Source: a virus
DNA: 64,000 nt
Strand: one strand, 5' to 3'
IMG/VR virus record: IMGVR_UViG_3300031656_000001
Position 1 is the stretch's first letter, and each line of letters starts with the position of its first letter. A program made the translations under genes and the position numbers. This document shows, piece by piece, positions 55,743-64,000 of the stretch. Below the pieces are notes generated by a model. That model searched no databases, was not told the DNA's origin, and saw only the letters and a list, made by a program, of their open reading frames with translations.

Positions 55743-56837
55743 TTAAAAAAGTGACATAGTTTGTTTAATTAATTTAGCATTAGGTTCATTACTGGTTAAA
55801 TCCCATCTGTAATATTCCCTGGCGATATGAACTGATTTTGGCTTTTCCATTACGTCAAATGTTAATTCATTTTTAGAATTATAATAAACTTCTGGATGTT
55901 TATGTGATTGCCAATTATTTCTTTCACACATACTGTCTATACCATCATTGATTTCTTTGACCAATGCAGTTCTTTGTGCCCATGTTCCTGCAAATGGTGT
56001 ATCTTTATAATACCCTGTTTTTGGTAAAGCTCTACTTTCATTTTCAATTGGTAATACATGAACAACTTCTATTTCTTTTATTCCACGTTCGTACATTTCA
56101 CGTAGTTCATTTTCAAAGTCAATTAGTATTGTTTTAACTGAAGCTGACGGGTTACTTTGTCTCATTAAATGGTGTCGCACATCAATGTTGCCCATGTAAA
56201 CCCTAAGAGATTTGACCCATGGGTATATGTATGCATCTAAACCTTTTTTGAGTGCGCCATGCATAGTCAAACCATCATGACGTTGTGTCATATAACCTGG
56301 TGTATACTGACTAAATGAATGGCTATCACCAAAGCACAGTTTATCAGTTTTTTCAATGCAATCAATTCTTGGAATATCTACAGCGCATATTTCCTTTATA
56401 TGATCAACTTGAGAATATCCATCCGGTCGTACATCGCCTAATTGTTTAAACAAATCAGTTCCAGTATGTAATCGTTGATCAATCAACTTGCCAATACATG
56501 GCATGTCATGATGTAAAGAATAAATCAACGTACTGCTAAAAATTCTCATGATTTGATGATATAAATCATCATTAGCGCCTCCGAATATATTGAAGGTACC
56601 TTTGAATTCCATACCATGTTCTAATAGAATTGCATCAAAGTCATCCCAGTTTGTTGTAATATCTGTGATCACTTCTACGTTTTCATAGCCAGCATTCACA
56701 CATTGATTTGCTAGGTGAAATGCCCAACCTGATTTATGCGAGCTAATTTTTGGACTTAATTTACCAACCAATGCTGCTATTCCAATTTTAGCAGACTTAT
56801 CTGAAATATAGTCAGTAAGATATTTGAATTCTGTCAT
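55743..56837 (-). CDS. SGNH/GDSL-like domain protein
   Basis: LCFGDSHS (block I), GNIDVRHH (block III), KSVHI (block V). Confidence 0.6.
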   Translation of the reverse strand: MTEFKYLTDYISDKSAKIGIAALVGKLSPKISSHKSGWAFHLANQCVNAGYENVEVITDITTNWDDFDAILLEHGMEFKGTFNIFGGANDDLYHQIMRIFSSTLIYSLHHDMPCIGKLIDQRLHTGTDLFKQLGDVRPDGYSQVDHIKEICAVDIPRIDCIEKTDKLCFGDSHSFSQYTPGYMTQRHDGLTMHGALKKGLDAYIYPWVKSLRVYMGNIDVRHHLMRQSNPSASVKTILIDFENELREMYERGIKEIEVVHVLPIENESRALPKTGYYKDTPFAGTWAQRTALVKEINDGIDSMCERNNWQSHKHPEVYYNSKNELTFDVMEKPKSVHIAREYYRWDLTSNEPNAKLIKQTMSLF

Positions 56838-56843
56838 ATGTAA

Positions 56844-57146
56844 TTATTTAATAGGATCTTCAGTTTCACCATAACCATGTTTTTCAACATAATTATCAAG
56901 AGCACCTAAATATGCAACCGCATCTAATAGATTATCTTGTTTATAGTTATAAGAGTGTCGGCTTAATTTCAATGCAACAAGTGCAGCATACATATCAGAT
57001 CCGTTAAGATCTTTACCAGTCATGCCATTGAAAACCATAGCAGCTCTACGCATACCTTCTTCAAATGGACCATATTGTCTGGCCTTTTCTTCTGATCGCT
57101 CGTTAACAATTTTATTAGCTTCAGCTAAAATATTTAATTTACTCAT
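56844..57146 (-). CDS. DUF6378-like small all-alpha protein (nucleotide-modification associated)
   Basis: IL.EA..IV...RQYGP...LKLSR...DNLLDAVAY. Confidence 0.7.
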   Translation of the reverse strand: MSKLNILAEANKIVNERSEEKARQYGPFEEGMRRAAMVFNGMTGKDLNGSDMYAALVALKLSRHSYNYKQDNLLDAVAYLGALDNYVEKHGYGETEDPIK

Positions 57147-57160
57147 GTCTCGTGTTTATT

Positions 57161-57188
57161 ATTATATGAAGGTTTGACATTTTGTTTA
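57161..57188 (-). promoter_or_regulatory. class II promoter TAAACA-N16-TATAAT heading the modification cluster
   Basis: Recurrent motif variant. Confidence 0.5.
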
Positions 57189-57262
57189 GAAATTCTAGGA
57201 CAATTTGTCTATTATTCTAAACATAACAATATCACTTGTTTTATTATACTACTAATATAAAC

Positions 57263-57292
57263 AAAAAAAGCCAAACAAAAAAATGTTTGGCT
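57263..57292 (-). terminator. intrinsic terminator
   Basis: AGCCAAACA-loop-TGTTTGGC followed by T7. Confidence 0.75.
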
Positions 57293-57333
57293 AATTATTT
57301 TCGTAAAACTTACGAACAGTTGATAATTTTGAT

Positions 57334-58152
57334 TTAATACTCAAATGGAGGTGTTCCGTAATCTGCTCTTTTAACAGCGAACCACATTCTTCCTATAACG
57401 AAATACCAGAATCTATCTGTTTCAATTATATAGTGTTCTCCTTTAGGACTCGTAGACTTATAACCACCTCTTGTGAAGTTCTTAGTTACAGGTACTCCGT
57501 CTTCCCATGTTTTATCAGTTGATTGTGCTTTGAATGATTTACCACTAAATGTAGCTAAATGAATTTCTGGATTCATCTTATCAGATTCCATATCTTCTGC
57601 AAATTGATCTATGCCTCTTGGTTTTTGAGCATCTGCTTCATTAACTTTAGATTCATTAAATGATTTCATCCATTCTGCTAATACATTTCTTGCTTCGCTT
57701 TTACTAAGATCAAACTCTTTTTGTAAATATGGAGCTGCACCAAACATATTGGTTTTACCAGAATCTCTTAGTGTTAATAGAAAGTCATAATAAATTCTAT
57801 CTTGATCTGAAGTTTTATCAACTCTAGATTCGTTTACTTTAGAATAAAGTCCTTTATCTCCGTTCCATTCCCAATCAGCTTCATCAAAACCTTTAAGTTT
57901 TTTAGCTTTTTGATAATCTTCAGATGACAAATGAGATTGTTTAAGATTTACTCCTTCTGATATGAAAGATTCTAATGTTTTTAAGTGTTTCATTCTTTTC
58001 TTTTTCTTTTTATATTCTTCTTCGGCATCGCCACTACCAGCTGGTACATCACCAGAACCTAATGTTCCGTTGCCCGGTAATTCTACTGGACCCATACCTG
58101 ACATTGCTGCGGTTGAAACTGTTTCTGTTAATTTTTTGCTAATATCTGACAT
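57334..58152 (-). CDS. modular putative internal head polyprotein
   Basis: Internal MKHLKTLESFISE; modules separated by xNE; the LRDSGKTNMF module resembles DUF5049. Confidence 0.65.
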   Translation of the reverse strand: MSDISKKLTETVSTAAMSGMGPVELPGNGTLGSGDVPAGSGDAEEEYKKKKKRMKHLKTLESFISEGVNLKQSHLSSEDYQKAKKLKGFDEADWEWNGDKGLYSKVNESRVDKTSDQDRIYYDFLLTLRDSGKTNMFGAAPYLQKEFDLSKSEARNVLAEWMKSFNESKVNEADAQKPRGIDQFAEDMESDKMNPEIHLATFSGKSFKAQSTDKTWEDGVPVTKNFTRGGYKSTSPKGEHYIIETDRFWYFVIGRMWFAVKRADYGTPPFEY

Positions 58153-58153
58153 A

Positions 58154-58474
58154 TTAAGCTTCTAAAAACTTTTTAGCTGCGTCTAATAACTCAGCATATG
58201 TGAACTTACTAGATAATGCATTTGATAAAACAGTTCCATCTTTTTTACCGGAAGCGTACATATCTGTACTATCAAATCCAATTCCTTCTGACCATGGTTT
58301 TTTAGGATCAAATCCTAGATCTGAAGAAAGAGATTGTGCCAATGAAGTGTTTCCTCTAAATTGATCGTCATATGATAATTTATCATCTCCGAATGTAGAA
58401 GGATCTACTGTTTTTCTACCTTCTGTTACTGTTTTCTTTGAGATAAATTCCTCGTATAATTTAGTGCGTTTCAT
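58154..58474 (-). CDS. putative internal head protein (MKRTKLYEEF leader)
   Basis: Start moved to ATG 58474; leader followed by VTE. Confidence 0.65.
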   Translation of the reverse strand: MKRTKLYEEFISKKTVTEGRKTVDPSTFGDDKLSYDDQFRGNTSLAQSLSSDLGFDPKKPWSEGIGFDSTDMYASGKKDGTVLSNALSSKFTYAELLDAAKKFLEA

Positions 58475-58481
58475 AACTGTT

Positions 58482-59531
58482 TTATTTTTGGTATCTTTTA
58501 ATGTCTTTAATACTATCCCAAACCTTCTTGGCACAATCTTTTATATTTCTTTTATGATATGCCATATCATAACCAGCGTTATATTCGTGCGCATCTAGAT
58601 CAGTGTAATGTACATATGTTGAAAATCTATTCAATAGAAAGTCCATGTGTTGCAAAATACCTGATATTTTATATTTATGGCTACCAGTACCTATCAGAAT
58701 ATCACCTTTCGAATCTCTATGTCCGCGAGCATTTGCGTTTGCAATAATCTCACCTATTAATTCTGTCGCTTCTTTAACTTTCTTATCAAGTGGCATTGCA
58801 AGAGCTCGATCTGCTATGATATCTTGATATCTTGCATGTGTTTGTTTTCTAAAGTCTTTATCTGATATGAATGCAGTTGCTCCTTTCTGAGCAGCTTTTC
58901 TTTCATCTTTAAGGTTTACCGTAGAATATCTTGCAGTAAGAATATCTAAATCAAGACAATAGCATATATCTGCAGTTCTTGCTACTTTCATAACAGTATC
59001 TAGACCTGTATTTCCTTTGTCGATTCCTGCTGAATCTTTCCTTTTAGATTGTTGAAGTTCTTGATGTCCATCAACATCAGGTACAATAGTTGCATATTTA
59101 AGGTTAGAACCATGTCGTGTGTATTTATTATCTTTAGCCCAATCAATATTCATCCATTTATTATCTACATTAGTAATTGCCAATAAAGTATTTGCTGGAA
59201 TAATACCACCGTTGTATATTGATATTTCTTCATCTTTATCATATGGATTTTGTATATGGTAATCGTTTTCTTTTTCATCTGTTACAAAGTACATGTATAC
59301 TGCGTTTGCTCGTTTTTCTCTCCTAGCAACCATTGGATCCAATTCGATGATATCTTCATCTTTTATTTTATCTAATTTAAGTTTAGTCATTTTGTAAAAT
59401 GCAGCTGGAAGACCTTCTGGTAATTTATTAGCACCTGTTAATATATTTGCTAATTTAGTAGAAGCAAATGCTTCGTTTAATGATGAATCTGATTCGTTTA
59501 TGAATTGTTCAAATAATTTAATGTGTTTCAT
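58482..59531 (-). CDS. putative internal head protein, paralog of 59564..60556
   Basis: MKHIKLFEQFINE leader; shares blocks with its neighbour. Confidence 0.7.
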   Translation of the reverse strand: MKHIKLFEQFINESDSSLNEAFASTKLANILTGANKLPEGLPAAFYKMTKLKLDKIKDEDIIELDPMVARREKRANAVYMYFVTDEKENDYHIQNPYDKDEEISIYNGGIIPANTLLAITNVDNKWMNIDWAKDNKYTRHGSNLKYATIVPDVDGHQELQQSKRKDSAGIDKGNTGLDTVMKVARTADICYCLDLDILTARYSTVNLKDERKAAQKGATAFISDKDFRKQTHARYQDIIADRALAMPLDKKVKEATELIGEIIANANARGHRDSKGDILIGTGSHKYKISGILQHMDFLLNRFSTYVHYTDLDAHEYNAGYDMAYHKRNIKDCAKKVWDSIKDIKRYQK

Positions 59532-59563
59532 ATCTGTTTTATTATTGTTTTATTATTGTTTTA

Positions 59564-60556
59564 TTACCAAGCGTATGTCATGTCTTCAATTTTCTTGATA
59601 TTATCAGCACATCTTTTTGCATATTCTTTTGCAGATTTACCATACCAATTAGAAGCTTTACCATATGCTTTGATTTCATCTTCTTCTTGTCTAACATAAT
59701 CAGCATATCTAGAGTAGTCATCTAATATATTGTTCATGTGCTGAGAAGCATCTCTTAATTTAACTTCTTTACCTTTTGATGATTTACCAATCATCGGATC
59801 ACCATATCTTGTTTTTTCACCAGACTTTAATCCAGATTTGATTTGTTCTGCTAATGAATCAATTGCATCTGCAACCATTTTGTCTAATGGTAATTTTGAA
59901 GCTTTAGTTGCTAAAATTTCTTGGTATCTTGTCATGTTATCAGATTTGAAATCTTTATCAGATTTGAATGCGATTGCACCTGATTTAGCAGAATTTCTTT
60001 CAGCTCTTATGTTCGCTGTTGAATATTTTTGTTGTAATAATGTTAAATTGATTACAATTGCTCTATCAGCAACTTCTGCAATTCTTTTAACATTATAAAG
60101 TCCCGTTGCATCCCAACCTTTATACTTCTTAGAAATACCTATGGAATCTGCTGGATTATTTCCTGTTCTAATCAATCCTCTTTTCCATGTGTTTTCATAA
60201 AAACTATTATCTCCCGATGCAAGTGCTAATAAATAACCTCCACCTGGTATAACTTTGCTACTTTCGTATGCGTCGCTTGGTGCATATGGATTTTCTTTTT
60301 GATTATCTGAAATATAAAATACGATTGCGTTATCAGACTTCTCTTTATATGCTGTCATTGGATCAGTCACTATAATATCTTCATCTTGTACTTTGTCTAA
60401 CGCTAATTTAGTTTTACCATAAAATGCCTTAGTTAATGATTTGTCAGCTTTAGAGCCTTTACCTGTTAATATGCCCGCTAATATAGCTGAAGCAAATGAT
60501 TCATTTAAAGATTCTGTGAATTCTTCGAATGATTCGAATAAAAATTTGTGTTTCAT
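59564..60556 (-). CDS. putative internal head protein, paralog of 58482..59531
   Basis: MKHKFLFESFEEFTESLNE leader. Confidence 0.7.
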   Translation of the reverse strand: MKHKFLFESFEEFTESLNESFASAILAGILTGKGSKADKSLTKAFYGKTKLALDKVQDEDIIVTDPMTAYKEKSDNAIVFYISDNQKENPYAPSDAYESSKVIPGGGYLLALASGDNSFYENTWKRGLIRTGNNPADSIGISKKYKGWDATGLYNVKRIAEVADRAIVINLTLLQQKYSTANIRAERNSAKSGAIAFKSDKDFKSDNMTRYQEILATKASKLPLDKMVADAIDSLAEQIKSGLKSGEKTRYGDPMIGKSSKGKEVKLRDASQHMNNILDDYSRYADYVRQEEDEIKAYGKASNWYGKSAKEYAKRCADNIKKIEDMTYAW

Positions 60557-60597
60557 GTTTATATTGTTTTGTTTATTGTTTTGTTTTTAATATGATT

Positions 60598-62043
60598 TTA
60601 ATCTGATTCTGAGCCAATTATTGCAATCTGAGGTATACCATTGTAAAAATCAATAACCGATTCCGATACATCAAGAATGTCCGATACTGCGCGGTGCATG
60701 TGGTTTATCTGCTTACCATATTCGCCATCTTCTCTTAAATATATTATAATTGAATTTGGTGAAACTGAGCCCTTTCCAACATCAGTTGTTTCTGGATAGT
60801 TACCTCTACCTGAATATCTAGTAGAAATTACTTCGGCTTTAAGCATATCTTTCCAATATTCTTGGAATCGACCAGTTCTTAATGTAACTCTAATGAAATC
60901 ACGATGTTTCAATTCTAATGAAAGTTCTAGCTCCTCGCCTCCATTTGTCCATTCAGCACGAATCTGTTCCTTTAGGTTAGCATTAACACCTTTTAAAATT
61001 GCTGATTTTACCTTTTTTAAATCTGAAGGATTATTCATATAATCCATACTAGTTGGATTCTTATAATCTTCAACTTCTTCATTCCACAATGACTTTACTG
61101 TTTCTTTAATACCTGGAAATGGAAATTGTCTTTTTCCAATTTTTAACGACTTGATGTTAAAACGACTTCTTGTAGCCTCGTTTAAAGATTCTGTGAATTC
61201 TTTAAAGCTTTCAAATATAAAATTTGTTTTCATGTTATTGTTTTGTTTATTTTCTATTACTAATTTTGGATTCTTGTTTAAAAGCTCTTCCATATCTAAT
61301 TCGGTTAATGCCATAAAACTGTCTTCACCGTATTTTTTGGCTAATTTGTCAGCTCTCTTTATGTTTATTACTCTTGCAATCTCATCATATGATAATGTTG
61401 CTATTCCGAATTCTCCGAATATTTCTTCTGCATTTGCATTTGCTATTTTAAAAGCACTTGCCTTTTCATTAATATCTGGTGTATTTATAACCGGAGTTAA
61501 TTCGTTAAGTACTCTTTTACCTGTTTTAGAAAGTGTAATTCCATCTTCGCTTACATTTAAATAAGTAGAGTTTCTTCTCATCCATCTGCCAGAATCCGTA
61601 GTCATTTCTCTTAAAATCGTATTGAATTCTTCTTTGGTAATTTTACCATCTTTGATAGCTTCTAAAACTTTGTTTCTGATTTTAGCTGCTTTACCAACTT
61701 TAACTGCTGGGTGATTTTCAGTATACTTTCGTTTTACTGTGATGTGTCTTTCAGTTAATGACTCTTCTAATTTCTTAGCTGCTAATTTAGAATCTTTTTT
61801 AGAAACGTTATCTAAATAAGAACCTTCTCCCCAAAAAGAAATAACTGCCTTAGTATCTGCAGTAGAATGGAATCCAGAACCTGCTTTGTAAATTGCAATT
61901 TCTTGTAAACCTTTTTTGTTTTCTATAGCATCAGACATGAATGCTCTTGCATCTTTTTCTGATTTAAACTTTTTTGCAGCTCTTATCCCATCAGAATAAT
62001 GTACTTCGAAATTTTCATTTATGTGATTGTCAAATGTATCCAT
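60598..62043 (-). CDS. modular putative internal head polyprotein
   Basis: Start moved to ATG 62043; internal MKTNFIFESFKEFTESLNE at 61233. Confidence 0.65.
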   Translation of the reverse strand: MDTFDNHINENFEVHYSDGIRAAKKFKSEKDARAFMSDAIENKKGLQEIAIYKAGSGFHSTADTKAVISFWGEGSYLDNVSKKDSKLAAKKLEESLTERHITVKRKYTENHPAVKVGKAAKIRNKVLEAIKDGKITKEEFNTILREMTTDSGRWMRRNSTYLNVSEDGITLSKTGKRVLNELTPVINTPDINEKASAFKIANANAEEIFGEFGIATLSYDEIARVINIKRADKLAKKYGEDSFMALTELDMEELLNKNPKLVIENKQNNNMKTNFIFESFKEFTESLNEATRSRFNIKSLKIGKRQFPFPGIKETVKSLWNEEVEDYKNPTSMDYMNNPSDLKKVKSAILKGVNANLKEQIRAEWTNGGEELELSLELKHRDFIRVTLRTGRFQEYWKDMLKAEVISTRYSGRGNYPETTDVGKGSVSPNSIIIYLREDGEYGKQINHMHRAVSDILDVSESVIDFYNGIPQIAIIGSESD

Positions 62044-62062
62044 TTTTAATTTGTTTGTTTTA

Positions 62063-63910
62063 TTATATATTTTTGATAAATTCATCAAATGTCAAAGTGT
62101 CGTCTTCTGATTCTGTTACGACTCCCATGGACTCTTCTAATTTAGCTTTTAATTCTTTATACATGTTATGTATTGGTTTCGGTGTAAGCTTCTTAAACAA
62201 CTTCTCATCGTCATCTAACATTGCGTTTCTAACCTGTGTTGCTGAAATGTTTTTACCTGTTCTTGGTATTTCATATAATCCGAAATCAGGTCTAACGCCA
62301 AGATCTTCTCTATAAGAATCTTTATTTACTTGGAATCCATAAGTTTTCATTCTATCACTTCCAGTTCCCCATAATACTGGTTCGTATTTAGGTCTCATTG
62401 CATTAAACATGTGATCAATTCCGCCTGTCGGTATTACAAATACTTCTTCTATAGGATATTTGCTTTTTAGATTCTTAATCATTTCGACTTGTGTTTCTTC
62501 GTCGAATGGTCTCTTAAATGCATCTTCTGCTTTTTTAGTCTTAGACTTAACTAAGAATATTACAACAGGAAATCCATTCTGTTTGTGAATTGTTTCTATA
62601 ACTTTAATATGTCCTAATGTAAACGGTTGAAATCTACCAACAAACATGTTAACTGGTGTTTTACCTTGTTCTGGATAATTAACTGTCAATGCTTCTAATA
62701 TTGGAGTTTCTGTATACTGCAGTTTTTGATTAACTAAATATGATTTAAAGTTCATAACATCATTTTCATTGGTTTTCGCCATAACTGACGTTTCAATAGC
62801 ATCTACTATTGAATTGATCTGATTCATTAAATCTTTATTAATGATGTCAGTTTCTTTGTGTCTTGTTTTTCTAAAACTGCCTAAAGCAATTTTAAATAAT
62901 TCTGATAAGATTTCATTCTGAACTAATGATAAAGTCTTTTCATTTTTTATGAATACTTTATTAAGTTCAAAACCTTTCCTTTCTGAAAAATCTGCAGAGT
63001 TGAAATTAGTGCCGACATATTTTGTTGCGTTCTTTTCAACATACGCATTAAATATATTAGAGATTATTTCAATGTATCTTGAATCAGCCTCTTCTTCTTC
63101 TAACTTAATAGCAGTAATGTCAAACGCAGTAATAAATTCTACCAAATCCAAAATTGAAAGTTGGTACATATCAGATGGTTTTCTTGCTTCTTGTGGCTTT
63201 CTATCAAATCTCTCCAATTTAAAGCTTTTCATGCCTTTACCATCAGAGAAATTAATTATTAAACCATCAATGTCATTATCTAATGAATGATTTAACGCTG
63301 GAGTATTAAGTCCATTGTTGAATATGTTGTATATTGTTCTTGTAAAAGATTGTGATCCGTATTTGATTTCAAAATCTTTATCTGATATTTCTAGAAGATT
63401 AAGTAGATCATCCTTTTGATTAGATTGTAGTTTACCTTGGAATATAACAGGAGGTCTTTGTGCTCCTAATAGATCTGCCCATTTATTTAAAATAACAGGA
63501 TCTCTAATAACCTTTTTGACTTGTGTTAAATCATTTGGTTTTAATATTTGAATATGTGTTAATATTAAATGATTTTTGGGTAAAGCATCGTATTCAATAT
63601 CTACCGTTTTATTATCTAACATATAATCAAATCCAAACTTCCAATCCAATGGCATATCTTCAGTCAATTCTGTTAATATAGTATTGAAATACTTAATACC
63701 ACTTTCATAGTATTTAATCATCGTCCTGTCTACTCTGTCCATTGCATGTTTTGAACCACTTTTGAAGTATTCAAACCCTGTTTTAGTTCTTTTAACATGG
63801 AAAGATGACGCTTGTATCTTTTCTGATACGACACATGGAATATCTAACATTGACACGAAGTCATTGATGTTAGATGATTGATAATACGTTCTTAAGTTTT
63901 GTAAAGCCAT
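62063..63910 (-). CDS. degenerate RNA-ligase-like domain fused to a cytidylyltransferase-like nucleotidyltransferase
   Basis: N-terminal VSEKIQA...DGLII...FK; C-terminal FVGRFQPFTLGH...GSDR...ISATQVR. Confidence 0.7.
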   Translation of the reverse strand: MALQNLRTYYQSSNINDFVSMLDIPCVVSEKIQASSFHVKRTKTGFEYFKSGSKHAMDRVDRTMIKYYESGIKYFNTILTELTEDMPLDWKFGFDYMLDNKTVDIEYDALPKNHLILTHIQILKPNDLTQVKKVIRDPVILNKWADLLGAQRPPVIFQGKLQSNQKDDLLNLLEISDKDFEIKYGSQSFTRTIYNIFNNGLNTPALNHSLDNDIDGLIINFSDGKGMKSFKLERFDRKPQEARKPSDMYQLSILDLVEFITAFDITAIKLEEEEADSRYIEIISNIFNAYVEKNATKYVGTNFNSADFSERKGFELNKVFIKNEKTLSLVQNEILSELFKIALGSFRKTRHKETDIINKDLMNQINSIVDAIETSVMAKTNENDVMNFKSYLVNQKLQYTETPILEALTVNYPEQGKTPVNMFVGRFQPFTLGHIKVIETIHKQNGFPVVIFLVKSKTKKAEDAFKRPFDEETQVEMIKNLKSKYPIEEVFVIPTGGIDHMFNAMRPKYEPVLWGTGSDRMKTYGFQVNKDSYREDLGVRPDFGLYEIPRTGKNISATQVRNAMLDDDEKLFKKLTPKPIHNMYKELKAKLEESMGVVTESEDDTLTFDEFIKNI

Positions 63911-64000
63911 AGTGTTTTTTGTATTCAGTATTTAATAATCTAGATTATGTATCTTAATTATCTACCGTATTTTATAATACCCATTAGCTGATTTATCGCA

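Noticed and set aside
1-64000. Stop-codon reassignment as in some large Bacteroidota phages
   Set aside because: Core genes are full length and tile densely under the standard code

Overview
This is an AT-rich segment of a large T4-like myovirus genome, with almost all genes on the - strand. The host is probably Bacteroidota, judged from A-rich starts lacking SD sequences and an NrdAi/NrdBi-type ribonucleotide reductase. Left to right the window holds: accessory genes (Rnl1 RNA ligase, GIY-YIG, a pseudo-metallophosphoesterase, PD-(D/E)xK nuclease, guanylate kinase, KTSC); a tail and packaging module (tape measure, gp51/gp26-like pair, tube, sheath, terminase, neck); clamp loader and RNase H; a head module (capsid, protease-scaffold fusion, portal, gp2, gp4); gp55-like sigma; gp46/47, helicase and UvsX; a family-B DNA polymerase split into two genes about 5 kb apart; RNR; a putative DNA-hypermodification cluster; and two arrays of genes carrying a T4 capsid-targeting-like leader. 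Main candidates for new biology: (1) a hypermodification cluster with an unusual gene set (gp56, PLP enzyme, LOG, two aGPT-PPlase-like paralogs, SGNH-like protein, DUF6378); (2) a modular family of head-packaged (poly)proteins with repeated UTR+leader DNA cassettes and [LIV]NE cleavage-like sites; (3) a prfB-like +1 frameshift cassette at the gp26/gp51 junction; (4) two recurring promoter classes, AGATATATAA and GAAACA-N16/17-TATAAT; (5) a metallophosphoesterase with every metal ligand replaced. All family assignments come from motif recognition by eye; no database search was run.
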